Virus record (IMG/VR): IMGVR_UViG_3300042691_031247
Reading direction: 5' to 3' (one strand)
DNA from: a virus
Lineage: Duplodnaviria > Caudoviricetes
DNA length: 64,000 nt
How positions within the stretch are numbered: position 1 is the stretch's first letter; each line of letters starts with the position of its first letter. The notes under the pieces were generated by a model. That model did not search any database. It was not told the origin of the DNA and saw only the letters and a program-made list of their open reading frames with translations. Positions 1 to 8,788 of this stretch are shown one piece after another. A program made the translations under genes and the position numbers.

Positions 1-2
1 AC

Positions 3-551
3 GGTGTTAATCGGATTGCGAATCATGGCGTTCATGGTCGACTTCACCGGATTCATCGGCAGCGACATCGGGCCCACAGACTTCCAGCTGGTCTGCGCCA
101 ACGGAATATGCCTCTGAATACCCTGCGACATCGCCGTATTAATGCCGGTAGCCGTGCGATTCGCGTTCACCATGCCGCGACTGAGCGATGCTGCGCCGTC
201 CGCAGCGGCACCTAAGCCTTTGCCCACGGTCTGCGCCACGCGTCCGCCGCCAGCTAGTGCGCGGCTTCCACGCAGCAGGCCCTTAGCAGCGCCGCTGACA
301 AGCCCAGCGCCCGGAATGAGACCCAGCGCCATCATGCCCGCAGAACCCAGCGAGCCGAGCACATTGCCCTGACTGACGTTGTGATACAGGTCTTGGCCGG
401 CTTGAATCGAGCTTAAGCCCGGCGTGAAGTAACCGAGCGTGCGGGCCATTGTGTTTTCTTGATGCAGCGGATTAAACCCGCCCCAGCTACCGCCGAGCGC
501 TTGCTTCTCCAGCCGCGCGCCGACACTGTAGCCAAACTCGTACGGGCGCAT
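3..551 (-). CDS. Gly/Ala-rich hypothetical protein, truncated by the window edge (MRPYEFGYSVGARLEKQALGG...)
   Basis: Translated by hand because it is absent from the ORF track. ATG at 551 follows GGAG and the frame stays open to the window start; carries an EKQA motif. Confidence 0.75.
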   Translation of the reverse strand, partial: MRPYEFGYSVGARLEKQALGGSWGGFNPLHQENTMARTLGYFTPGLSSIQAGQDLYHNVSQGNVLGSLGSAGMMALGLIPGAGLVSGAAKGLLRGSRALAGGGRVAQTVGKGLGAAADGAASLSRGMVNANRTATGINTAMSQGIQRHIPLAQTSWKSVGPMSLPMNPVKSTMNAMIRNPINT

Positions 552-582
552 ATGTAACTCCAGCAGTTAACAATAGTTTAGT

Positions 583-1122
583 TTATTGCTTTGTCGCGCA
601 TTCCCGACTGCACCGAAATACCAGCGAGTAACGTGTATCAGCGACCGGGAGGATTTCATGGTTCCAATTGTAGCGAATTTCGTCGCGCAGTTGTACAAGA
701 CTTCGCGGCGGCAACTCGACGGAAAACGCGCGCTTCTGCAGCGTAAACACCATGGTGGCCGGCGTAAGTAAGCTTAATACCGTGATTACCGCGCCGCCTT
801 CGGGCAGATCCACGTGAGGTTTGATCACCTGTTTTTCCAGATATTGATTCAACGTAATAGAGTCTGGGCGGTGGTCTACGAGGTTTTGCGCCACAAGCCG
901 GTCCAGCAAAAACTGAAAATGTTCTGGAATTGTGTCCGACAAAATATTATTGGGATACGGCACGGATGATCCCCAGCGCTGAATCACATTTCGGGTCTTC
1001 ACGTGCCGGCGGGTGTGCCCCGTGGGAATACCGGCCTCGATGTGCGCGAGTAGTGTCTGCTCTTCCGCGGGCGACAAAAACTCGTCTTGTAGTGCAAGTG
1101 TGCTGACATCGAGTGGAATCAT
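583..1122 (-). CDS. AlkB-like 2OG-Fe(II) dioxygenase
   Basis: TLNQY...IKPHVD (HxD), WNHEI (distal His) and RYSLVFR (2OG-binding Arg). Confidence 0.85.
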   Translation of the reverse strand: MIPLDVSTLALQDEFLSPAEEQTLLAHIEAGIPTGHTRRHVKTRNVIQRWGSSVPYPNNILSDTIPEHFQFLLDRLVAQNLVDHRPDSITLNQYLEKQVIKPHVDLPEGGAVITVLSLLTPATMVFTLQKRAFSVELPPRSLVQLRDEIRYNWNHEILPVADTRYSLVFRCSRECATKQ

Positions 1123-1137
1123 GTCGGGCTCTGCCGT

Positions 1138-1512
1138 TTATTTATTCGGCTTGCGCGGGCACCGACGATGGGTGCGCATTTCCCGGCGAAACGCGGCCGC
1201 CATTTTGCGCACATCGCGGTTGTAGCAATGATAATTAAAGAAGTGCCCAAACATGAAATGGCACGATGTTTCACAGAGCGTGATGAGATTGCTTTCGGTG
1301 AGTTCCAGATCTGGTGCGACGCTGACGGGAAAAATATGATGCACAGCGAGATTCTTCGTCCGGCCGCAGACTTCACAGGCCGGATGCTTGGCTAAGTGTT
1401 CTGCCCGGACTCGTCGCCACTCTCCTGCGCGCTGTCGCTGGTCGAGGATGTATCTGGGGCGCAGCCAGAGCGGCAGCCAACTGACGACGAGGGCGCACAG
1501 TTTTGTAAACAT
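1138..1512 (-). CDS. HNH endonuclease
   Basis: CEVCG...VHHI...NLITLCETSCH motif. Confidence 0.85.
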   Translation of the reverse strand: MFTKLCALVVSWLPLWLRPRYILDQRQRAGEWRRVRAEHLAKHPACEVCGRTKNLAVHHIFPVSVAPDLELTESNLITLCETSCHFMFGHFFNYHCYNRDVRKMAAAFRREMRTHRRCPRKPNK

Positions 1513-1634
1513 GGCCGGACTTTCGTGCTGCCGCGAACATACGGCGGGTCATACGGACAGTTTTTACATTTTTTGCCGCAACACTTTTGCTGCGCCAGTA
1601 GGACGTCACGGGACAAAGGCGGATACTTACTCAC
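1392..1634 (-). CDS. small Cys-rich protein (DUF5522-like)
   Basis: LLAQQKCCGKKCKNCPY pattern; the 3' part overlaps the HNH gene. Confidence 0.55.
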   Translation of the reverse strand: MSKYPPLSRDVLLAQQKCCGKKCKNCPYDPPYVRGSTKVRPCLQNCAPSSSVGCRSGCAPDTSSTSDSAQESGDESGQNT

Positions 1635-1884
1635 ACTCGTTGTACTTCACGACTAAATACGTCCCGATAAAGGCGCCAATAGCCAGCGGGACCACATATA
1701 GTGGATTCTTGGAGTACGAGATCACGCCATACGCGCCCAAGCTATACAAGAACGAACTCACGATCGCGGCGTTGATCGGCTGGCGCTTGCTGACGCAGAT
1801 CACATACATGGCGTACAAGATATCAATGACCACATAGGTCACGAAGATGACGCCGGCCGTGCCCCAATGAAAGTCCTGCCACAT
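1627..1884 (-). CDS. small membrane protein
   Basis: three hydrophobic segments; coupled to neighbouring genes. Confidence 0.7.
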   Translation of the reverse strand: MWQDFHWGTAGVIFVTYVVIDILYAMYVICVSKRQPINAAIVSSFLYSLGAYGVISYSKNPLYVVPLAIGAFIGTYLVVKYNECE

Positions 1885-1892
1885 GGGTCACC

Positions 1893-2246
1893 TCACAGAA
1901 CCGTCGAGGCTTGCGTAAACTTCTTCTCGTAATGCGAATAGATCTCCGCAAACGCCACACCCCACGCGGCGTCATGGGCGAGCTTGTTAAACGCGGCATC
2001 GTCCACTGCTGTATCCAGACGGTGGTTCCACGCCCGCGCATGCGCCCACTCGTGGATCAAGACGTCCATGGCGCGCGATTCATCCAGACTCTTGTCAATC
2101 TGAATGTGGAACTTCTTGCCCTGTTTCCAGCAGCGGCCCTCTAATTTAGATAGCTTTACCCGGCGTACGCTCACGGGAAAAGCCGCAGGACACTCGTCTT
2201 TGAGCATCCGCAGGAGGGCTTGGTAATACTTAAAACGAGCCGCCAT
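1893..2246 (-). CDS. SprT-like / zincin metallopeptidase-like protein
   Basis: DVLIHEWAHA (HExxH); GGAGG before ATG at 2246. Confidence 0.7.
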   Translation of the reverse strand: MAARFKYYQALLRMLKDECPAAFPVSVRRVKLSKLEGRCWKQGKKFHIQIDKSLDESRAMDVLIHEWAHARAWNHRLDTAVDDAAFNKLAHDAAWGVAFAEIYSHYEKKFTQASTVL

Positions 2247-2325
2247 GCTCCGTCCTCCTGAAGGGCGTCCTTGCCACAACAGGGTGATTATACTTGAGCT
2301 GGCGGAGTTTGGCGGCAGTGATTTA

Positions 2326-3300
2326 TTAAGCGTTTTTCTGCAGCTGCGCTAACACGGCCGCGGCGCTTTTCTTAACTTCCTCGTCACCCGAATCTTCCGA
2401 CTTTTCCTCGGACTTCTCTTCTTTTTCTTCGCTTTCGGGCGCTTCTTTCTTTTTGCTAAAGCTCCGCCCGATGTCGGCGCCGATGTTGCCGCCCATGTGA
2501 GCGCCAGCGCCAAGACCAGCAGCACCGCCAGCCAGTAAGCCCAATCCAGCGCCCGGGCCGCCACCGAGAGCACCACCGCCCAGCGCGCCCAGAATCCCGC
2601 CGCCTGCGCCGCCAGCAAGGCCGCCTAAACCACCGCCGGTCAGGCCGCCGAGCACCGACAGCACAGACGCTTCTTTCTTTTCCCACGACGGCGCACCAAG
2701 AGCCGATTCAGTAAGCGCGCCGCCGCCGAGCCCGCCACCGATCAGGCCGGCAACACCGCCGCGCGTCGTAGCATTACGCAGCATGGCATCTGTATACGGC
2801 GATATGTGCCCACTACCGCGAATCGGAACTTTTTTGCCGCTGCGCATCATGGTTCGACCGCCGCGCGCAAGAAACCGTTTCATCGCCTCAACGAGCTGCG
2901 CCTTATTCGGTCCGAACAGCGCTTTGCCCGCACGAGGATTTAACAGTCCCAGCGCCGCAGCACCAACAGCGCCCAGCGCCCCGCCAACGCCCATGCCGGC
3001 GCTGGTACCCGCACCGATCGTGGCGCCACGGCCGGCGCCTTCCATGCGATGACCAGACGGCGACGTAATCGCGCCAAAGCCTGCGCCAAGCCCGGCTGTG
3101 GCAGGAAGTGTAACAAACGCTTTCTTCGCTTGCTGACCGATTTGCATACCGAATTGTGCGGGCGTAACACTCATGCGATCACCTGTGGCTGTAATGTGGT
3201 TTTGAATCTTCCGTGTGGCAACGTGCTGCATGATCTTTTCAAACAGCTTGCGCCGGGATAGCGCCAACTCCATCAATTTATTTGGCGGAATCGGCGGCAT
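2326..3300 (-). CDS. glycine-zipper-rich hypothetical protein, possibly virion/membrane associated
   Basis: several GxxxG-rich hydrophobic blocks and an acidic tail; KKEA and KKSA motifs. Confidence 0.75.
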   Translation of the reverse strand: MPPIPPNKLMELALSRRKLFEKIMQHVATRKIQNHITATGDRMSVTPAQFGMQIGQQAKKAFVTLPATAGLGAGFGAITSPSGHRMEGAGRGATIGAGTSAGMGVGGALGAVGAAALGLLNPRAGKALFGPNKAQLVEAMKRFLARGGRTMMRSGKKVPIRGSGHISPYTDAMLRNATTRGGVAGLIGGGLGGGALTESALGAPSWEKKEASVLSVLGGLTGGGLGGLAGGAGGGILGALGGGALGGGPGAGLGLLAGGAAGLGAGAHMGGNIGADIGRSFSKKKEAPESEEKEEKSEEKSEDSGDEEVKKSAAAVLAQLQKNA

Positions 3301-5410
3301 CGTCTTCGTCCAGAATGCTTTTGCTGGGCTGGGGCTTGGCGTCTGGATATTTTAACAGCCGGCGCTTCTTCTTTGAAAGCGGTCGTTTCGGTGTGCTGGT
3401 GGTGAGCGTGAGCGGCTGAAACACGCTGCTTTTTTCCTGCGGCGCTTCTTTTGTTAACTCTCCGCGCCGGCGCTTGAGATACTTCTGTAACTCCTGCTCC
3501 TGATACGCTTCCAGCATGGTCTTTACTCTGTCCGACTTGGCCGGCGAGACTAACTTTGTCGGATCAATCGCCCAGTTGCGCAGCGCCCAGCCACGACGAG
3601 GTGTCGGTTTGGCCATGAACGGCCCACCATGACGCGCCTTGAAGCTCGCCCAGCGCTTGATCTGGCGCGTGTCTTCCTCGGGAATTCTGCGGCCAGAGTT
3701 ATAGTTCTGATACCACTCCAGCCAGCCCTTTGGGTCATGCTCAGTCACCCATTCAGGCTTCCATTCGCCCAAGCTGGCTAATCTCGGCCCTTCTTTCTCA
3801 TAAAGCGATTTATACACACCCATGCGATGCAGCTGGCCGGGCGTAAAGTCAGGCTGGAACTCAGGAAGCTCCGCGCTCTGCTTCTCTTGCTCGCGCTGCT
3901 TGCGGTATTTATCTCCCTCGTCTTTGAGTATCTTGCGGAAGATCTCATTGAGCTGCTCTTTCTCAGCGGTGAGGTGTTCGAGCACTTCGTCACCTGTACG
4001 CTCGCGCTTGTACCCCATGAGCTTGCCCAAGAAGCTCGGGTCTTGGCTGGCGCTTAGATATCTTTGGACTTGGACGTTCTTGAGTTCTTCAGGGAGATCT
4101 CTGTGCGAGTCAAAACGTAAGCCACGGCCACGAGCTTGCTGGCTGCGCGACTCATGCCAGTGCGGATCTAAGAGCTGGATGAGACTGGTGCCCTTAGTCG
4201 ACAAGCCCTCAGCGCCAGCAGGGCCAATTAAGAGCGCGCGCAGCTTGCCTGTGTTGTATGCGTCCACAGCGGCTTGGCGCGCCTTTGAGCTGACGCCGCC
4301 ATGGAAAAACGCATGCGGGATCTTGGCTTTCTCTAGGCCAGCCGCGTAGGGCGCCAAGCCAGAGTCAATAAAGTTGGAGTAGATAATCGCCTTCTTGCGC
4401 TTGTCTTCGCCCAGTGTTTTCTGCAGGTTCTGGAACGCTGTCTGGAGCTTGGCGCTCTGCTGAAAAGCTTTGCCGGGATCTTTGTCAGCACGGAACGGCT
4501 GTGTACTGAGACTTACTTGGCGCAGGCCCGTCAAGAAGCTATTTAACTTGGCCAGCTCGTCTTTACTTAGCGGAAACTCTTGGTCGAGCTTCCAGAGAAA
4601 TCCCGGCGGAATCTTCGTGCGGATAGCCTTCTGAATCTTGTCCTGCGCTGGCGATAACGGCACACGCACGACTTCTTCTTTGACGTCGACGCCTTCAGGA
4701 GTCTTGCTGGGCTGATAGTCAACTTTGCCCTGCAGTAACTGGCGTAGCTCTTGCTCGTTCTTGACGACTGGTTTGACGCCGGGCTTCACGCCACGCAGCC
4801 AGCCAAACAAACCCGGGCGCACAGTCTTGTAATCTATGTAGCGCTTTTCAAACTCTTCGGGCGTGATCTGTTTATTGTTCAGCATCGACAACAAGTTCGC
4901 CAAGTCCGTGGGCGAGTTTGTGATCGGCGAGCCTGTGAGCAGCATCAGCCGTTTGGCTTGGGCAGCAGCTTCAGCAGCGCCTGTCGAGCTTGCGCTGCCG
5001 GGATTCCGTAATCTATGCGCCTCGTCCATGATGAGTGTCTTAGGCGGCGTCTGGAACTTCTTGCCCAGCGCCAGCCCCGTGTAGCTCATGATCTCAGGAT
5101 TCGAGTTGCGCGTGAACTTCTTGACTTCTTTGTCGAAGTTTCCCCTGAGACTAGCCGGGACCACCACGCCATACTCTTCGCCGTCTTGTTCTTTGGCAGC
5201 TTCGGCGGCAGCGAGCGATGAGAGCGACTTGCCCGACCCTAAGCCGTGATAGACCAGCAATCTGGGGTCAGGGCCGGCAATGCGATCGGCGATGCGTTGC
5301 TGATGCTCTTGCAGCTGGATCTCGGGCAAAAGCTCAGCGATTTTGTGCCACAGCCCAGCCGGCAACGCAGATTTTTTCATCGGCTGGTCATCGTCGAGAA
5401 TGCTGTTCAT
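3278..5410 (-). CDS. SNF2-like SF2 helicase with an extra C-terminal domain
   Basis: Walker A HGLGSGKS, DEAH, LLTGSP, and motif VI QQARGRGLR; C-terminal DPKGWLEWY..Y..GRR...D.RQIKRW domain. Confidence 0.9.
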   Translation of the reverse strand: MNSILDDDQPMKKSALPAGLWHKIAELLPEIQLQEHQQRIADRIAGPDPRLLVYHGLGSGKSLSSLAAAEAAKEQDGEEYGVVVPASLRGNFDKEVKKFTRNSNPEIMSYTGLALGKKFQTPPKTLIMDEAHRLRNPGSASSTGAAEAAAQAKRLMLLTGSPITNSPTDLANLLSMLNNKQITPEEFEKRYIDYKTVRPGLFGWLRGVKPGVKPVVKNEQELRQLLQGKVDYQPSKTPEGVDVKEEVVRVPLSPAQDKIQKAIRTKIPPGFLWKLDQEFPLSKDELAKLNSFLTGLRQVSLSTQPFRADKDPGKAFQQSAKLQTAFQNLQKTLGEDKRKKAIIYSNFIDSGLAPYAAGLEKAKIPHAFFHGGVSSKARQAAVDAYNTGKLRALLIGPAGAEGLSTKGTSLIQLLDPHWHESRSQQARGRGLRFDSHRDLPEELKNVQVQRYLSASQDPSFLGKLMGYKRERTGDEVLEHLTAEKEQLNEIFRKILKDEGDKYRKQREQEKQSAELPEFQPDFTPGQLHRMGVYKSLYEKEGPRLASLGEWKPEWVTEHDPKGWLEWYQNYNSGRRIPEEDTRQIKRWASFKARHGGPFMAKPTPRRGWALRNWAIDPTKLVSPAKSDRVKTMLEAYQEQELQKYLKRRRGELTKEAPQEKSSVFQPLTLTTSTPKRPLSKKKRRLLKYPDAKPQPSKSILDEDDAADSAK

Positions 5411-5424
5411 AGCGGACCGGTGAC

Positions 5425-6270
5425 CTATTTTGACGCATTAATATCTAAATCAGCCACGGGATTCGGTCCCAATGTGGCCTGCGCCGCCAACTCACGCTCG
5501 TGCTTCTGAATTTCAGATTCTACCCAATCTTTGTACAAACTCACACGGGTAAACGCGCTGTCGTCGCCGTACGTGCCGTCTGGTTTCCCGTCGGAGTGCG
5601 CTAGAAATGAGTTAATTCCCGCTAATTGATTGCCAATGAACATTCCGCCGCCAGAATCTCCGGGGGCGATCATGAACTCTAACGGCAGCCGCCCTTCTTT
5701 TCTGGGCGAGCACAAAACTGTTGCCAGATGCGCGGACAAAAGCTTGTTGTGTCCCGCCCGGCGTTGATTATCTGTTTTTGTGGCGCCCGTAATAAAGTTT
5801 CCAGTTGAGCCCCAGCCCGCAATCGTCACGGCTTGGCCTATTTCATCTGTGTTGCTGTACAGCGGCACATAGAAAGCTAGTTTGAAGTCTTCGGCTACGT
5901 AGCACAGCGCAATATCGTGCAGCCCAATTTTGTCTGCGTTGTAATCTTTGTGCTGCACTTTGTAGACAACGCGATGTTTCTTCTCGCCCACATGAATCAC
6001 GTTGTTATTCGATTCGTTGATGACGTGCGCGGCGGTTAACGCCCAGTGCGGCCGGATGATCACAGCCGAGGCAAGCTGTTCGTGGTGTTCGTTGCACTTC
6101 GTGCAGTCAATGTCGTTGGTGATCCGCACGACAAAGGGAAACTGCTTGCCAAACTCGACATACTTGGCGTCTGGTGTGCTGGGGTCGATCGTGCCGGCCA
6201 TCGCTGCGCGCGCGGCCAAGAGAATAATCACGAAGCGTAGCAGGCGGGCAAAGAATTCTTGCGCGTTCAT
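5425..6270 (-). CDS. secreted S1 (trypsin/chymotrypsin-fold) serine protease
   Basis: signal peptide, LTAAH, HDIAL and GDSGGG catalytic motifs. Confidence 0.9.
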   Translation of the reverse strand: MNAQEFFARLLRFVIILLAARAAMAGTIDPSTPDAKYVEFGKQFPFVVRITNDIDCTKCNEHHEQLASAVIIRPHWALTAAHVINESNNNVIHVGEKKHRVVYKVQHKDYNADKIGLHDIALCYVAEDFKLAFYVPLYSNTDEIGQAVTIAGWGSTGNFITGATKTDNQRRAGHNKLLSAHLATVLCSPRKEGRLPLEFMIAPGDSGGGMFIGNQLAGINSFLAHSDGKPDGTYGDDSAFTRVSLYKDWVESEIQKHERELAAQATLGPNPVADLDINASK

Positions 6271-6311
6271 GGCAAGCCCCCAATGGAAATATGTGTGTGT
6301 GTTGTGCTATC

Positions 6312-8126
6312 TCATGCTCGTTGTTGTGGCTGTAAGAGTTTCATCGCGTTGGCAAACATGTGCGGATCGAGTTTGGGCGGTAATGGTTTCGCGGGCGGCG
6401 CTTTCAGTGTGTTCCCCAGTGCGCCGGCGCCGTAGCCAGCCGCGCCCATTAAACCTGTGGCCCCCAGTCCCAAGAGCGTGCGGTTGCGGGCCATGAGCTT
6501 CAGGCCCTTCTGCACGATTGGTTTATTCGTAATACCTAATATCTTAGCGCCCGGGCGTGTGAGCAGCGTACTGGGCAGCACGTCCATGTGGGAAAGTTGC
6601 GGTTTTACGGCGCCGATATCGCTCAGTACGGCAGACGGCATCGAACCGCAATGATTGCCCCAGCATCGCGTTCCGATGCCGCGGCCGCCAATAAACGGGA
6701 TCTTCTGCAGCCACGGAAACCGCCGGCGCAGCATGTTCAGGCCCATCACCTCTTTCGTGCCGGCACCGATGGCGGCTGAACTGGCGTAACCCTTGTTGGT
6801 TTCTACATTGAGCGACTTGGCCAGCTGCGACTCGTCGATATTGTCAGCCATGCGGGCGTAAATCGTGCCGCGCGGCTGCTCTGCGTAATAACCCTTGGGG
6901 AAGAGCTGCGACCTGTCTTTCATCGCGTCGTCGTACACATTGTCGATGCCCATGTGGGGATCGCCAGAATTAAACTTCCACGGGCGCTTCTTGGCGTCGA
7001 GCCGGCCTGCAGCCATGGCTTTTTGATTCTCACGCACACGCTGCCGCAAGATATTTAAACTCACGCCGTTGCGCCCAGCGATTTCGCGCTGGGCGGCTTC
7101 CGGCAGCGTTTCAAACAGATGGAACAGCGGATCATGCACCTGATCGAGCATCGCGCCGCCGTGATGCAGCGTGGGAATCAACCGCTCGAATGCTTTGGGT
7201 TTAAATAACTTTGAGCGGGCCAGATGTCCCTGCGGCATGCCCACTTCGTCAACGGCTTTGGTGATCGCGTCAGCCAGTGCGGGCGAGGATTTGGTCCCTC
7301 TGCGCCGAAATAAATCAGCCAGCGCTTTGAGTCTTTCTTTCTTGGCTAGGCTCTCGGGCGAGGCTGGATTGTCTGCCAGTGCGCGCACATTCGTCTCGAC
7401 TCGGCGCATCTTGGCCTGCGGTGTCCCCTCGAAGAACTCGCGCAGGCCGCCTTTCGCTGCATATGTCCCGCCCGTCGGTGTCGTGCGCTCAGTGGTCAGA
7501 AAGTTCTTAAAGTTCTTGACTAACTTATCGCGCCGGGCAACTAACTTACTGGCATCTGCACCCGTGGTCTTGGCCTCTTGAATCTGCCGAGACAGCGCGT
7601 TCAGCCGGGCTTTCATCAGGCCGTATTTATCACCGCCGCCTTCGAACGCCATGTAGCGCTCGGCGTTCGGCGCATTGCTGATGAATCCCTTGCGGTTCGT
7701 GGCCAGACCCGGGCTGTAGACTTCGCCGGCGTCGTTTACCAAGAACGATAGCGGCGGTGGTTTGCCGCCTTCGGGTGTGTTTGTGAGTGCGTGCGGCGCT
7801 TGAATATACGGCCCGACCATCTGGCCGTGCATGCCCGGACCGCCAGACGCTGCACCCGAGCCCTGAATCAGAAAGTTAACGAGATTACCGTCGCGACTCT
7901 GCTGTAGCCCAGACAAACCGAGGTCGCCGGGCTTGAGGGTCTTGAGCGCCTGCGCGACGTCCACGTTCCCGTTGGCCAGCGTCCAGTCCGGGGCGTCGTT
8001 GATGAGCTTTTTATATTTGGGCAGCGTGACGAGGAGATATTCGAGCAGGCTGGCTGCTGGAAGCGCTGCGCCCGCGGTTGCACCAATGGGGCGTAAATCT
8101 ACGCCATTGTCTTCAGGTGCGGGCAT
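6312..8126 (-). CDS. large protein with a putative split, permuted papain-like (YiiX/YaeF-type) amidase domain
   Basis: LKPGDLGL and His100 near the N-terminus; Cys493 in CGSMPSAVLSDIG...DVLPSTLL near the C-terminus. Confidence 0.55.
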   Translation of the reverse strand: MPAPEDNGVDLRPIGATAGAALPAASLLEYLLVTLPKYKKLINDAPDWTLANGNVDVAQALKTLKPGDLGLSGLQQSRDGNLVNFLIQGSGAASGGPGMHGQMVGPYIQAPHALTNTPEGGKPPPLSFLVNDAGEVYSPGLATNRKGFISNAPNAERYMAFEGGGDKYGLMKARLNALSRQIQEAKTTGADASKLVARRDKLVKNFKNFLTTERTTPTGGTYAAKGGLREFFEGTPQAKMRRVETNVRALADNPASPESLAKKERLKALADLFRRRGTKSSPALADAITKAVDEVGMPQGHLARSKLFKPKAFERLIPTLHHGGAMLDQVHDPLFHLFETLPEAAQREIAGRNGVSLNILRQRVRENQKAMAAGRLDAKKRPWKFNSGDPHMGIDNVYDDAMKDRSQLFPKGYYAEQPRGTIYARMADNIDESQLAKSLNVETNKGYASSAAIGAGTKEVMGLNMLRRRFPWLQKIPFIGGRGIGTRCWGNHCGSMPSAVLSDIGAVKPQLSHMDVLPSTLLTRPGAKILGITNKPIVQKGLKLMARNRTLLGLGATGLMGAAGYGAGALGNTLKAPPAKPLPPKLDPHMFANAMKLLQPQQRA

Positions 8127-8220
8127 AGTCTGTCTACCGGTTTTGATAACAATGGCGCAATTTTACCTGCTCTCATTCTAATACAAAAGCGAGGCCGGCC
8201 GAAAAACTAGTTACCAGAGC

Positions 8221-8279
8221 GCTGATAGTTAAAAAAACGCTTACGCGTGCGGAGCCGTCGCCTCCGCTGCCGATAAGTT
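8221..8279 (-). terminator. intrinsic terminator followed by a variant of the conserved 13-mer
   Basis: gcggag/ctccgc stem, then T7 and AACTATCAGC on the minus strand. Confidence 0.6.
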
Positions 8280-8603
8280 TTACTCGCCGTCGTACACCTC
8301 AAACCGCTCCCAGACACCGTTGCGGCAGCAATCGACCACCCAGTACGACCGGTCTACTTCGACCGTATCGTCACTAAGGACGCAGGCGTGCCGCTCGGTG
8401 TGGTAGCAGTAATCCGCGGAGAGCGTATCCGTACCGTCGCCGATGTCCACAACGTGCGCCGTGCAGTAGTTGGGGTTGGTGATCCGGTCGCGGCGGGCCG
8501 CAAACAGCGCCGCCCGGAGATCGCACTGATTGTTGAACAGCTTGTCCACATAGCGCTCCGCATCGCCCATGTGCTCAAAGAACGTAACAGTATTCGGGGT
8601 CAT
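8280..8603 (-). CDS. hypothetical protein (cassette gene)
   Basis: AAGGAG before ATG at 8603; high GC3 coding pattern. Confidence 0.7.
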   Translation of the reverse strand: MTPNTVTFFEHMGDAERYVDKLFNNQCDLRAALFAARRDRITNPNYCTAHVVDIGDGTDTLSADYCYHTERHACVLSDDTVEVDRSYWVVDCCRNGVWERFEVYDGE

Positions 8604-8668
8604 GACAAACTCCTTCGGAAAACCAGAACCCGCAACCACGCAACACACGCAGTGCTATAGGCCCTCAA

Positions 8669-8700
8669 TAGATATGACCGCTTTTTGCCCGATATTTAGC
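8669..8700 (-). promoter_or_regulatory. conserved promoter-like motif, copy 1 (GCTAAATA-N16-CATATCTA)
   Basis: one of 7 copies with an invariant 16-nt spacer, upstream of a gene start. Confidence 0.75.
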
Positions 8701-8707
8701 TCGGGTT

Positions 8708-8753
8708 CTGATAGCTAAAAAAAGGCGCCCAAGACAACGAGTCAGGGGCGCCT
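8708..8753 (-). terminator. intrinsic terminator plus conserved 13-mer
   Basis: aaggcgccc/gggcgcctt stem, T7, then AGCTATCAG. Confidence 0.75.
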
Positions 8754-8788
8754 TCAAACCGTTCCGAGGAGGACGGTTTAAGACAACG

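Noticed and set aside
5425-6270. S1 protease as the enzyme cutting the K-x-A motifs
   Set aside because: It has a signal peptide, and Met rather than Asp at the position equivalent to trypsin 189, which argues against Lys specificity.
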